A DNA stretch of 64,000 bases, from the IMG/VR virus record IMGVR_UViG_3300036772_000425, positions 138,924 to 202,923 of that record, one strand, 5' to 3'. Under the pieces are notes generated by a model that worked only from the letters and a program-made list of their open reading frames with translations, had not been told where the DNA came from and did not search any database. Source of the DNA: a virus. The position numbers and the translations under genes are program-made. Below, one piece after another: positions 8,122-16,822 of this stretch (positions within the stretch are counted from its first letter, which is position 1; each line of letters starts with the position of its first letter).

Positions 8122-8340
8122 ATGAACGAGCCCAAGGTCATCGAGCGCGGAGCGCTCCACTTCAGGCGGGTGGACAGCATCGGCCACGATCGACGGTACC
8201 AGGGCGTCGTCGTGGAATGCTGGCTCGGACCCCCCGACGACCGGGAGTCGGAGCACGTCTTCACGGTCGACCAGACGTACGTCCCAGACATCATCGCCGG
8301 CCTGCGGGCCCTCGAGCCCAGGAAGATGAAACGACCATGA
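8122..8340 (+). CDS. hypothetical protein (72 aa)
   Basis: GGAGG SD; internal Met of ORF 7912..8340 (5' part low complexity). Confidence 0.45.
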   Translation: MNEPKVIERGALHFRRVDSIGHDRRYQGVVVECWLGPPDDRESEHVFTVDQTYVPDIIAGLRALEPRKMKRP

Positions 8341-8579
8341 ACACGCGTGTCCACAACCCGCACTCCCGGGCCCCCCGGCTCCACGTCAGCCTCACCGTCG
8401 AGGAGGTCCAGCAGCTGAAGGCTGCGTTGGACCACCTGGGCTCGCTTCCCGGCCCCCGGGGTGACTTCCGGGGCTGCTTCACCGGCAACATGCAGTCAGC
8501 CTTCTTCGACCTGCTCGCTGGGTTGAACCACGCGTTGGTGACCCCGCTGCCCAAGGGGATCAAGGGGGTGGCTCCGTGA
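8337..8579 (+). CDS. hypothetical protein (80 aa)
   Basis: ATGA overlap. Confidence 0.45.
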   Translation: MNTRVHNPHSRAPRLHVSLTVEEVQQLKAALDHLGSLPGPRGDFRGCFTGNMQSAFFDLLAGLNHALVTPLPKGIKGVAP

Positions 8580-8803
8580 GCGCCCGGAACGGAGGGCCCT
8601 CCCTCACGCAGGTCCGCCTGAAGCTGATGGAGCTGGACCACGAGCTCAACGCGCTCGTGGATGCGATGGCCCCGATGGTGGGGCCCGAGGAGGAACCCGG
8701 CATCGATCCGATCGGCACGGACCCGATCAGGACGGCGCAGTTCTGGTTGGAGGGTGCCGCCAACAGGACGGCCTGGGCCCTCGATGCGCTCGACAAGGGG
8801 TGA
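8576..8803 (+). CDS. hypothetical protein (75 aa)
   Basis: GTGA overlap. Confidence 0.45.
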   Translation: MSARNGGPSLTQVRLKLMELDHELNALVDAMAPMVGPEEEPGIDPIGTDPIRTAQFWLEGAANRTAWALDALDKG

Positions 8804-8829
8804 AACCACGCGTGCCGGTGTGGTACCCT
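8800..8829 (+). promoter_or_regulatory. phage promoter GTGAAAC-N17-TACCCT
   Basis: same motif on plus strand, followed by leader with CAGGAAGGTGG SD before ATG 8871. Confidence 0.45.
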
Positions 8830-8870
8830 GGAACCGGAAGAGGCAACGTCCCAACAGGAAGGTGGCTCGC

Positions 8871-9455
8871 ATGCATGCGAAGCGGTTGAAGGACGGGACC
8901 GGGAAGGTCCACGTCGGGGTGATGATGACGCTGGAGGAGGCGAAGGAGGCGGCCAGCACCCTGGGCCCGTTCACGCAGGGCAGCGGGCTGCTGCACCGGA
9001 TGGCGAGCGCCATCGCCTCCGAGCTGGAGGACCACGAGCTGTGCGCGCTGGCACCCGCCCCCACGCCGGCGACCTTCCATCGGGAACGGGTGATCACGCC
9101 CCTGCACCAGGACCTGCCGCCCATCCACGTACCGTCGATGCCGGCGAAGGCGACCCCGCAGCCCGTGGCGACCACCGAGTGGGTGGTCAGGGTGTGGCGC
9201 ACCGCGGTGGGCGGCCGCCGCGAACCGCACCACAGCATCTCCCGGCCCTTCACCACCCTGGGCGCGGCCCATGACTTCTTCGAGCGGACCCAGAACGTGC
9301 ACCGGACGAAGGCGGCACGGGGTGAGGCACCCGGCTACGACGTGGTGCTGGGCCGCCGGGACCTGCGGGGGGACACGCGTGGGAGGGAGACCGGGTGGGA
9401 GGAGCTGAAGGTTGAGAGCGTTGGGATCACCTCGTACGCGGGGCAGGAGGAGTAG
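8871..9455 (+). CDS. hypothetical protein (194 aa)
   Basis: internal Met of ORF 8661..9455; promoter and SD upstream. Confidence 0.5.
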   Translation: MHAKRLKDGTGKVHVGVMMTLEEAKEAASTLGPFTQGSGLLHRMASAIASELEDHELCALAPAPTPATFHRERVITPLHQDLPPIHVPSMPAKATPQPVATTEWVVRVWRTAVGGRREPHHSISRPFTTLGAAHDFFERTQNVHRTKAARGEAPGYDVVLGRRDLRGDTRGRETGWEELKVESVGITSYAGQEE

Positions 9456-9458
9456 AGC

Positions 9459-9800
9459 ATGGAACTGACCCTCAAACAGGTGGCACGGTTGCGGGGCCTG
9501 CAGGAACGGGTGACCGCGATCGATGCTGGTCTCGGCGTGTCGCTCCCATTCCCGGAGTACCAGCTGCCCACCGACCGCGCCAGGCACGCGTTGCTGCGGG
9601 GCCTCCGGCTGCTGCTGGTGAAGGACAGGGACCTGGAACGACCGCTCGTCTTCCCGAACGGGGAGGGCGGCTACACGGTGGAATGGCGCGCCGGAGCCAC
9701 CGGGCCCGACCTCTACGTGGACCGCCGGGGCACCTGGTCCAGCTGGGACGACCCGGACACCGAGCTGGCGCTGGACCCGACCGGGAAGCGGGTCAACTGA
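9459..9800 (+). CDS. hypothetical protein (113 aa)
   Basis: ORF track. Confidence 0.5.
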   Translation: MELTLKQVARLRGLQERVTAIDAGLGVSLPFPEYQLPTDRARHALLRGLRLLLVKDRDLERPLVFPNGEGGYTVEWRAGATGPDLYVDRRGTWSSWDDPDTELALDPTGKRVN

Positions 9801-10234
9801 TGGACGTGCTCACGCAGCGCTGCATCGCCTCCTTCCTGGGCGGTGTCATCGGAGCCGTCGCGATGGAAGCATGGAACCGGTACCGCGACCGTCCCAGGCC
9901 TGCACCGAGCGCAGCGCCCGCCCCGCAGCACCCGTACCGGACCGCAGCGGAGGATCCGGAGGCGGCGCCCTCCACCGACTGGAACTGCACCAACTGCGGG
10001 CAGGTGCACCGATGGTACCCACCCGGGTGCTCAGAATTCCCGGCACGGACAGATCCTGTCGATGCAGCACCGATCGTCCCGTCGGTCCACAGCGCGGCCG
10101 CCCTGAACGAGCTGGTGAAGCATGCCCGACGGGCGGTGACCACGCGTGACGAGGTCCTGGCCGCTGCGGACGAGGATCGCATCCCGGTCGGGTGCATATG
10201 TTCGGACTGCGCGCCCTGGGACCACACCGGTTGA
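9800..10234 (+). CDS. Cys-rich zinc-ribbon-like protein (144 aa)
   Basis: TGATG overlap; CTNCG...C and CICSDC motifs. Confidence 0.5.
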   Translation: MDVLTQRCIASFLGGVIGAVAMEAWNRYRDRPRPAPSAAPAPQHPYRTAAEDPEAAPSTDWNCTNCGQVHRWYPPGCSEFPARTDPVDAAPIVPSVHSAAALNELVKHARRAVTTRDEVLAAADEDRIPVGCICSDCAPWDHTG

Positions 10235-10537
10235 TCGACCACGATCCGTGGCGGTGGTCTGCCGCGGGCACGCGTTTCCGTCCGACCCTGCTTCGCGCGC
10301 GATACGACTAGCGTGCCCGTGCCCCTGCGGGTCGCGTTATCGACACGCCCCCGTGTGGACCCGCGACGGGCGGGATCGTGTATCGGGCGCGAGGACACCG
10401 ATCGATCGTCACGATCTTTCGGAGGTCCGTGGGCCCAACCGCACGCCTTTTCCGCCGCAAAATGTAGTCCATCAGCCACCGACATCCTCACAGCGCACAT
10501 CCGTGTACTTGGGAACGCGGGACGGTACCATGCAAGG

Positions 10538-10759
10538 ATGAAGAAGCAGCTGACCGTGTACCGACAGTGCACCGCCGCCGAGCTGGAGGGGCTGACCCGG
10601 GCGGGCTGGAAGATGTCGAAGAAGCACTTCGCACCGGAGGGCGGCTACCTGCTGTTCCAACGCTGCTCCCCGCCCGAGAAGGTGCAGAAGGACAGCGAGA
10701 AGGACTGCTGCAGCAGTCCACCGGTCGGTGCTGGTGCACGTCGGACAAGTGCACCCTGA
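10538..10759 (+). CDS. hypothetical protein (73 aa), possibly 5' part of a frameshifted gene
   Basis: internal Met MKKQLTV after 300-nt noncoding gap; continues in another frame (see 10567..11034). Confidence 0.4.
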   Translation: MKKQLTVYRQCTAAELEGLTRAGWKMSKKHFAPEGGYLLFQRCSPPEKVQKDSEKDCCSSPPVGAGARRTSAP

Positions 10760-11034
10760 AGATCCCCGCTGACATCCCGCAGCCGCAGCAGAAGGGCTTC
10801 ATCGCGGCGGTGAGGGAGGCGATGGAGGGACAGCACCCGAGCGCGGAGGTCGAGGCTGCGATGGTACGGCTGCGCTCCTGGCTCGACGTGCACCCAGGAT
10901 CCTCGCTCAGCGCCTGCGCCGGGCAGCTGGGACTCGACTACCGGTTGGTGCTGGTGTACGCGGCCGTTCTGTTCGACCAGGGCCTGATCCGCCGGACTGG
11001 GATCGGCAAAGGATCCAGGTGGTACGCGGTCTGA
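10567..11034 (+). CDS. winged-helix DNA-binding-like protein (3' portion credible; 5' limit uncertain)
   Basis: C-terminal GQLGLDYRLVLVYAAVLFDQGLIRRTGIGKGSRWY resembles wHTH; 5' half overlaps 10538..10759 in another frame. Confidence 0.4.
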   Translation: MHRRRAGGADPGGLEDVEEALRTGGRLPAVPTLLPAREGAEGQREGLLQQSTGRCWCTSDKCTLKIPADIPQPQQKGFIAAVREAMEGQHPSAEVEAAMVRLRSWLDVHPGSSLSACAGQLGLDYRLVLVYAAVLFDQGLIRRTGIGKGSRWYAV

Positions 11035-11128
11035 GGGCCCAGAAGCAGCACAGATCGTCAGGGTGTTGGACGGGATGGAGGCTGCGCGGGGTCTGACAGA
11101 TTTCAACTACGATCTGCGACGTCTGGTG

Positions 11129-11217
11129 CCCTCCCCACCTCCATCCTCACCTTCGCCCACCGCAGCAGTTCTACCCCTCCACCGCCGCCCACCCGGGCCT
11201 TCCCGCTGGCCACCTCC
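11129..11217 (+). repeat. pyrimidine-rich tract with 4x CCTCC immediately upstream of first array gene
   Basis: about 90 nt almost purine-free on plus strand: ccctccccacctccatcctcacc...ccacctcc ATG. Confidence 0.5.
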
Positions 11218-11610
11218 ATGGAACGATCGTGCATCACAGACCAGGACGTACCCTCACCGCAGGCGCTCGTGGCGGACGCGCGGGCGAGGGAGGGGCTGCC
11301 GGGCGACCTGGTCAGCATCTCCTACGGGGCCGACCTTGTCCGCATCCGGAAACGGGGCCACGATTGGACCTTCGACACCTGGCACGAGCTCACCAAGGTC
11401 CTGCGCCCCGCGCACTACCTGGTCGTCTCCGTCTGCGGGGAGCGGCTGGGGTTGCTAGGGAACGACAATGCCTTCCTGCCCAACGCCCGGTCCGACAGCA
11501 TGTTCTTCCGGCGTTGGCCGGGAGATCCGCTGGTGAGGGCACGGGCCGCCGATGTCAGGGTGGTCCTGGTCTCCCGCACCCAGGAGGTCACCACGCATGG
11601 TCCCGGTTGA
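11218..11610 (+). CDS. PGD-motif small beta-barrel (KOW/Tudor-like) paralog 1 (start may be internal)
   Basis: LPGDLVSISYG...YLVVSVCGERLGLLGNDNAF family motifs. Confidence 0.5.
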   Translation: MERSCITDQDVPSPQALVADARAREGLPGDLVSISYGADLVRIRKRGHDWTFDTWHELTKVLRPAHYLVVSVCGERLGLLGNDNAFLPNARSDSMFFRRWPGDPLVRARAADVRVVLVSRTQEVTTHGPG

Positions 11611-11938
11611 CAGAGGCCCGCAGCTCCGGCCCGGGGACATCATCACCTCCATCCTGTACTGCGGCATGCCCCAGCGCCTGGTCCCATCACCCAGTGGGCC
11701 CAACGGCACCTTGTGGCGCGAGCTCGCCGACTGCTGGATCACCTCCGCTCCCGTCTACCTCGTGGTCTCCTCCACCGGTGGCCCGCAGCCCCTCTACAAC
11801 CTGCAGGGCACCACCCTCCTGCCGCGCGTCGACCTGTGCATGTTGTGGCACTGGAAGGGATCGACGAGCGTGATGATCGCCGCGCGGGAGCTGTCCTTCA
11901 CGGTCACCCGCCCGCCGGGGGAGCACCGTGGTCCATAG
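11597..11938 (+). CDS. PGD-motif small beta-barrel paralog 2
   Basis: RPGDIITS...YLVVSSTGG; overlaps upstream stop. Confidence 0.5.
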   Translation: MVPVDRGPQLRPGDIITSILYCGMPQRLVPSPSGPNGTLWRELADCWITSAPVYLVVSSTGGPQPLYNLQGTTLLPRVDLCMLWHWKGSTSVMIAARELSFTVTRPPGEHRGP

Positions 11939-12332
11939 GGGCGATGTCACCGTGCCCGGGGACCTGATCCGGATCCTGTACGAGCGTGAGCCGGTGCAGC
12001 TCGCCCTCCTCAGCACCGGGTACCACCTGCTCGTCCCGGGCCGGGCCACCTACCTCGTCGTCTGCGCCCAGGGTGACATGTTGGGCCTGCTCGACGGGCC
12101 GGGCGGCCTGTTCCACCCGCGGGTCTTCCTCCACAGCCTGTGGATCGACCGTGGGTTGACGCGGCGTGGGCGCATCAGCATGCAGTCCCTCCGGATCCAG
12201 TCCCTGCGGATCGGTGTGGTCACCCGCCCCCAGGGGTTCCCGCCCGTCGATGCCGCTGGTCCCTGCCTCGCTGGGCCCGCGATTATTCTGCCGCCGAACG
12301 GTGCAACCCCGGGCCCATCCGGTGTACCCTGA
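11928..12332 (+). CDS. PGD-motif small beta-barrel paralog 3 (3' end uncertain)
   Basis: GTG start overlapping; VPGDLIRIL...YLVVCAQGDMLGLLDGPG. Confidence 0.45.
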   Translation: MVHRGDVTVPGDLIRILYEREPVQLALLSTGYHLLVPGRATYLVVCAQGDMLGLLDGPGGLFHPRVFLHSLWIDRGLTRRGRISMQSLRIQSLRIGVVTRPQGFPPVDAAGPCLAGPAIILPPNGATPGPSGVP

Positions 12333-12399
12333 CCCAGTTCTCCCGTCTCTCTACCCGTCCAGGAAGGATCGTGTGACCGTGACCGAACCCGAGACCACC

Positions 12400-12822
12400 A
12401 TGAAGATCGTGCAGACCCTGAAGAGCACCTACCTCGCCGCCGCCGTGGAGGAGGGCGACAACACCACGGTCCTCCGGGGCGCCGTCGTCATCGACCTGGA
12501 TCAGGACCACGAGGAGCAGGCCAAGGAGTACGTGCGGGGCACCCTGACGGGCCGGGTGAAGACCGTCCGCGTCAAGAACGCCTCCGTGGAGTCCATCGAG
12601 GACGCCGACGACGCGGGCCCGATGGTGGAGCTGATGATGAAGTACGTGCCCCTCGCCGAGAAGAACGCACGGGCCAGCTCCATCCTCAAGGAGCTCAACA
12701 CCCTGATCGGCACCGTGGCATCACCGCGCGGCCGGGGCCGCACCAGCCGGCCCAAGCCCAAGCGTGATGAGGATGAGGGGGACGACGAGGAGGAAGAGGA
12801 AGAGACGGGCCGGTACCGGTGA
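12400..12822 (+). CDS. acidic-tailed DNA-binding/chaperone-like protein (141 aa)
   Basis: SD AGGAAGGA; C-terminus PRGRGRTSRPKPKRDEDEGDDEEEEEE (basic patch followed by poly-acidic tail); GTG alternative start 20-27 nt upstream possible. Confidence 0.5.
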   Translation: MKIVQTLKSTYLAAAVEEGDNTTVLRGAVVIDLDQDHEEQAKEYVRGTLTGRVKTVRVKNASVESIEDADDAGPMVELMMKYVPLAEKNARASSILKELNTLIGTVASPRGRGRTSRPKPKRDEDEGDDEEEEEETGRYR

Positions 12823-13283
12823 GCTTCCTGCGCAGGCTGCTGGGCTGGTTCCGGCGGACGTTCGTCCGGTCGCTGCCGGCCGCCCGGGACGATGCATGGC
12901 ACGTGGTGTACGAGGGCCCGAGCCTCCCGGGCTCGCCCATGGTGGCCCGCGGCCGGAAGCTGACCTGCTGGGTCCCGTACCCGGACGCTGAGCACCCAGC
13001 GCGCTTCGTCGCTCCGGGCTCCCTGTGCCACCCGTCCTTCGTCAGCCTGCGCTCCCGGGAGACGTACCCGTGCATCCTGGAACCCAGCGCCGACGGCACG
13101 CCCTGGTCCACATGCCGCCGGCAGCCGTACCGGGATGAACCCGTGGTGCCCGCCCTGTGCCTGCACCACGGGCCCGACTGCTTCCTGATCCTCCACCGGG
13201 GCACCGTCGTCGGGTACCGCAGGCAGGACCCGGGCTGGTGCAACGACACCACCGCGGTGATCCTGGTGGACTTCCCGTGCTGA
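12819..13283 (+). CDS. tandem-duplicated PG(S)-motif beta-barrel paralog (154 aa)
   Basis: two motif copies LPGSPMVARG and APGSLCHPSFVSL; GTGA overlap. Confidence 0.5.
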   Translation: MSFLRRLLGWFRRTFVRSLPAARDDAWHVVYEGPSLPGSPMVARGRKLTCWVPYPDAEHPARFVAPGSLCHPSFVSLRSRETYPCILEPSADGTPWSTCRRQPYRDEPVVPALCLHHGPDCFLILHRGTVVGYRRQDPGWCNDTTAVILVDFPC

Positions 13284-13558
13284 TGGTACCCGGATCGCTC
13301 GTCATGCTGCACTACGCCGGCAACCCGGTGAAGGTGGTGGACTGGCACCAGACCGCGATCCAGCACATCGGCAGCACCGCACGGCCGGTGCTGTACCTGG
13401 TCGTCGGCATCAACCCGTCCACGTGCTGGTTGTGCCTGCTGGGCCAGGACGGGCGGATCCATCAGCTGTGGCAGAGCTTCCAGGCGTTCGACCGGCACGG
13501 CAACTACCTGTCGGTGGGTCACTTCGGGCAGCTGGGCCACACCACGGTGAGCGCATGA
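13283..13558 (+). CDS. PGD-motif small beta-barrel paralog
   Basis: MVPGSLVML...LYLVVGINPSTCWLCLLGQDGRIHQLW; TGATG overlap. Confidence 0.55.
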   Translation: MVPGSLVMLHYAGNPVKVVDWHQTAIQHIGSTARPVLYLVVGINPSTCWLCLLGQDGRIHQLWQSFQAFDRHGNYLSVGHFGQLGHTTVSA

Positions 13559-13836
13559 CCAACGAGAAGCACGACCCCGAAGAGGCACTGTCCCGGGCCT
13601 CGGCCAGGTCGCTGGACCCACAGGTCCGGAGCTGGGTCAGGCGGTTCGAACGGTTGATGCGGGACATGCCGCCCGACACCCGGATCTACTGGCAGGAGAG
13701 GCACATGAACCTGATGGTGCTGGGACCCGACGGGGAGGACTACGTGGGCGTCGACAACGGTTTCGGAGCGAGCAGCGACCCGAACGCCGTGATCGCGATG
13801 GTCATGGTCCCGCGTTCCGACTCGGGTGCCTGGTGA
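13555..13836 (+). CDS. hypothetical protein (93 aa, not family)
   Basis: ATGA overlap; internal Met of ORF 13423..13836. Confidence 0.45.
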   Translation: MTNEKHDPEEALSRASARSLDPQVRSWVRRFERLMRDMPPDTRIYWQERHMNLMVLGPDGEDYVGVDNGFGASSDPNAVIAMVMVPRSDSGAW

Positions 13837-14159
13837 GCACAGGGCTCGTCCCTGGCGCCTGGGGGCACCTACTGCTGGAGCAGCGACCCGCCCAGCTCCG
13901 GACGTGGATGCAGTCGGTCGGGTCGCTCGCCCGCAAGGTGACCACCCAGTGCGTGACCCTGTGGTGGGGGCCCGAATGGTTGCCGCCCTTCTACCTGGTC
14001 CTGAGCTCGTGCCCGCAGGACGTCCTGCTGCTGGGCAACGACGGCCGGATCTGGCACCTGCAGGGTCCGAGGCTGGCATGCGTGCTGAATGACAGGTTGT
14101 GCTACGACGACAGGGGGCTTGGGGCCCTGGGCTTCGAGACGTTCGGGGCACCCACCTGA
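13833..14159 (+). CDS. PGD-motif small beta-barrel paralog
   Basis: LVPGAWGHLL...PPFYLVLSSCPQDVLLLGNDGRIWHL. Confidence 0.55.
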   Translation: MSTGLVPGAWGHLLLEQRPAQLRTWMQSVGSLARKVTTQCVTLWWGPEWLPPFYLVLSSCPQDVLLLGNDGRIWHLQGPRLACVLNDRLCYDDRGLGALGFETFGAPT

Positions 14160-14476
14160 TGGTCGCCGCGCGCGGCTTCATCCCTGGTTCCTGTGGGTAC
14201 CTGCGCATGGAGACCGACGTCTCGTGGCTGTGGCAACCCTCTGCGACCAGGATCGTGGTCCGCTCGTGGCTCAACCACCGCCCGGGGAACCTCCCGGTGT
14301 GCCCGAGACCACCGTGCTACCTGGTCCTCGGTCACCTGCCCGGGAAGCGGTTGTGGTTGCTGGACACGTGGTCCAGGGTGTGGGACGTGGACCTGCAGGA
14401 ACTGAGGCTGTTCACGGTGGACGGCGCGCCGCGGCGGCTCGATGAACACGACGACCTGAACCTGAGCGCACCATGA
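14159..14476 (+). CDS. PGD-motif small beta-barrel paralog
   Basis: FIPGSCGYL...PPCYLVLGHLPGKRLWLLDTWSRVWDVDL; TGATG overlap. Confidence 0.55.
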   Translation: MVAARGFIPGSCGYLRMETDVSWLWQPSATRIVVRSWLNHRPGNLPVCPRPPCYLVLGHLPGKRLWLLDTWSRVWDVDLQELRLFTVDGAPRRLDEHDDLNLSAP

Positions 14477-14784
14477 CCAAGAAGAAACCCTGCACCTTCG
14501 TCCCTGGTTCCTGGGGGCACCTGGCCTTCTGCGATCGGATCTCATGGCTGTGGTCAGACAACATGCTCCGGTTGTGGAACGGGTCGCTGGGGAGCACCTC
14601 GAAACCGCCGCGCTACCTGGTCCTGGGCCATCAACCCGGGCTCAGGTTGATCCTGCTGGACAGCTCTGGGCACGTCTGGACGGTGGAGTTCCGGGCGCTG
14701 CGGCGCTTCGTGTCCGAGAGGGTCCAGTGCGAGATCTTCATCGATGACCTGTCGTTGCATGCTGTCCAGGGCACGGCACGTTGA
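14473..14784 (+). CDS. PGD-motif small beta-barrel paralog
   Basis: FVPGSWGHL...PRYLVLGHQPGLRLILLDSSGHVWTVEF; near-duplicate of neighbours. Confidence 0.55.
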   Translation: MTKKKPCTFVPGSWGHLAFCDRISWLWSDNMLRLWNGSLGSTSKPPRYLVLGHQPGLRLILLDSSGHVWTVEFRALRRFVSERVQCEIFIDDLSLHAVQGTAR

Positions 14785-15131
14785 ACGATTCTTTCGTCCC
14801 GGGTGCCTGGGGACGCCTGGTCCTCAACGGCCAGATCTCATGGCTGTGGGCGGGTAACGCCACGTACGATCCTGAGATCCGACGAACCTTCATCCGGACA
14901 TGGGGAGGCGTCGGGCGCGCCCTGAGCGGCATCTCGGAACCACCGTGTTACCTCGTTCTGGCCTACGATCCTCAAGGCAGGATCGTCCTGTTGGACAGCG
15001 CAGGCCATGTCTGGGATCTAAATCTCCACGATCTCTTCGGTCTATCAACGACGGATCCTCGCACGGAACGCACCATCTTCAGGGTTGATTTTTCACGGTT
15101 GATCTTCTGCGAGGTCGGAGACGTGGGATGA
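14781..15131 (+). CDS. PGD-motif small beta-barrel paralog
   Basis: FVPGAWGRL...PPCYLVLAYDPQGRIVLLDSAGHVWDLNL. Confidence 0.55.
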   Translation: MNDSFVPGAWGRLVLNGQISWLWAGNATYDPEIRRTFIRTWGGVGRALSGISEPPCYLVLAYDPQGRIVLLDSAGHVWDLNLHDLFGLSTTDPRTERTIFRVDFSRLIFCEVGDVG

Positions 15132-15415
15132 CCAGGCGCGTCAGGAGGGCCCTGCCGGGCGACATGGTGTGGTTACGGGCGGGCAAGAACGTCGGTTGGT
15201 GGCACCTCGCCGTCGACCAGATCGACGGCAGGATGATCCTGCGACCCTGCAGGCGCCGGTACCTGCTGGTCCAGTACGTGCCGAGGGCACGCCTGTGCGT
15301 GGTGTCGCCCACCCTGGGTTTCCTGGACGTGGACCTGGAGCACCTGTGGACGCCGATGGGCAACGGCCACGGTTGGGAGCGTGTCGGTCCCAACATCTGG
15401 CCGGAGGTGATCTGA
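15128..15415 (+). CDS. PGD-motif small beta-barrel paralog
   Basis: LPGDMVWLRAG...RRYLLVQYVPRARLCVV. Confidence 0.55.
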   Translation: MTRRVRRALPGDMVWLRAGKNVGWWHLAVDQIDGRMILRPCRRRYLLVQYVPRARLCVVSPTLGFLDVDLEHLWTPMGNGHGWERVGPNIWPEVI

Positions 15416-15693
15416 TGCGAGCGAGGCCCGGCGACATGGTCACCCTGCACCTGGGCACACCGTCCAGGGAGTACCGGTTGGCGTACGACGCGGGGCGGGA
15501 GCTCGTCCTGGTCCCGGGCAGGGAACCCTACCTGTACGTGCAGGCAGCCGCCGACGGATGCACGCTGTGGTTTGTGTCGTCCGGGTTGGGTCCCCTGACC
15601 GTGCACCTGAAACAACTGCTGGTCGAGGGGTACAGAGGCTGGGATGGTTGGCACCACATCGGCGACAGGGTCCAGCTGGCGGTGATCCGTTGA
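15415..15693 (+). CDS. PGD-motif small beta-barrel paralog
   Basis: MRARPGDMVTL...EPYLYVQAAADGCTLWFV; TGATG overlap. Confidence 0.55.
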   Translation: MRARPGDMVTLHLGTPSREYRLAYDAGRELVLVPGREPYLYVQAAADGCTLWFVSSGLGPLTVHLKQLLVEGYRGWDGWHHIGDRVQLAVIR

Positions 15694-15992
15694 TCGCTGT
15701 CGCCCAGCTGAACCCAGGCGACATGGTGCGCCTGATCCACCTGTGCGGTGTCTTCGGCACGTGCTACCTCAGGCTCCATGCCGGGGAGGCTCGTGACGAC
15801 AGCATCCTGCTGGTGCAGGACCAGGCGGCGCCTGCGTACCTGGTCGTCTCCTGCAACCCGAACGGTGGGCTGGTGCTGATGGGTCCGGCGGGACCCTGGG
15901 AGCTGGGACCTGAGGATTCCGCAGAGTTCCGCTTCGCCGGTGGGTGCCACATCTCGCAGAAGGCCCGATTGCGGTTCGAGAGCGTCCTGTGA
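15690..15992 (+). CDS. PGD-motif small beta-barrel paralog (TTG start; or ATG at 15723)
   Basis: LNPGDMVRLIHL...PAYLVVSCNPNGGLVLMG. Confidence 0.45.
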   Translation: MIAVAQLNPGDMVRLIHLCGVFGTCYLRLHAGEARDDSILLVQDQAAPAYLVVSCNPNGGLVLMGPAGPWELGPEDSAEFRFAGGCHISQKARLRFESVL

Positions 15993-16252
15993 TGATCCTG
16001 AACCCGGGCGATCAGGTCAGGTTGGGATGGTCAACCGCATCAAAAGCTGATCTTGCATCGTCATCCTTCTGGCTCCCGCGCCCGGGTGCGGCCGAGAGCC
16101 TCTCCTACGTGGATTTCGCCCTTGCCCTCGTCATATCCTGCGACCAGGATCGTCTGCTCGTCATGATCTCAGGTGAACTGCTCGATCTCCATCCGGACGA
16201 GGCAGCCTTCTCAGGGTTTACCATCATCGTCACCCGTGGGTGGGGACCATGA
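15992..16252 (+). CDS. PGD-motif small beta-barrel paralog
   Basis: MILNPGDQVRLGW...LALVISCDQDRLLVMISGELLDL. Confidence 0.5.
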   Translation: MILNPGDQVRLGWSTASKADLASSSFWLPRPGAAESLSYVDFALALVISCDQDRLLVMISGELLDLHPDEAAFSGFTIIVTRGWGP

Positions 16253-16497
16253 TCGTGCCGGGTGATCAGGTTATGATAACGATCATGCCTGCCCTACGCG
16301 CAACGCGGCCCGCCAGCTTCTGGCTCCCGTGCGGTTTCAACTCACGGAAGTACGAATACGGGCGGGGCCTCGTCATCTCGATGAAGGACGAACGTCTGCT
16401 TGTCCTGGTGGGCCATACCCCGTGTGAGTTCGAACACGATGCCGCGGCCTACATGGGCTCCACCGTGATCATCTACCGGGGGTGGGACCGTGCCTGA
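16240..16497 (+). CDS. PGD-motif small beta-barrel paralog
   Basis: MIVPGDQVMITI...GLVISMKDERLLVLVG. Confidence 0.5.
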   Translation: MGTMIVPGDQVMITIMPALRATRPASFWLPCGFNSRKYEYGRGLVISMKDERLLVLVGHTPCEFEHDAAAYMGSTVIIYRGWDRA

Positions 16498-16822
16498 CCG
16501 GTTGAAGCTGCTGCCCGGTGACCAGGTCCGCATGGACTGGATCTGGGTCAACTACGGGCTGCAGGCCGAGCATCCGCTGGGTTCCCTGTGGCTCCCTGTC
16601 TGGGCTCCCAATGCCAACATGACGGCCGCCCAGCGGGCGGGACAGCATGGTCTCCTCCCCCATTGGGAAATCCTTCCGTATCCCGGCATCGTGGTGTACG
16701 CCAGGAAGCTGGTCGGAGCCAGCAACCGGCTGACGATCTTCACGTCGCTCGGCCTGACCCGGTTGGAACCCTACCTGGGCACCGGCGCGGACTCAGCGGT
16801 GCGGGTGTCCCGTGGGTGGTAG
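16490..16822 (+). CDS. PGD-motif small beta-barrel paralog
   Basis: LLPGDQVRMDWI... Confidence 0.5.
   Translation: MPDRLKLLPGDQVRMDWIWVNYGLQAEHPLGSLWLPVWAPNANMTAAQRAGQHGLLPHWEILPYPGIVVYARKLVGASNRLTIFTSLGLTRLEPYLGTGADSAVRVSRGW

Noticed and set aside
6833-10572. Large minus-strand ORFs (6833..8083, 8291..9256, 8727..9587, 9793..10572) opposite the plus-strand genes
   Set aside because: Low-complexity Arg/Gly/Pro/His-rich translations with no motifs. The plus-strand genes include a clear RecA-like ATPase and show ATGA coupling.
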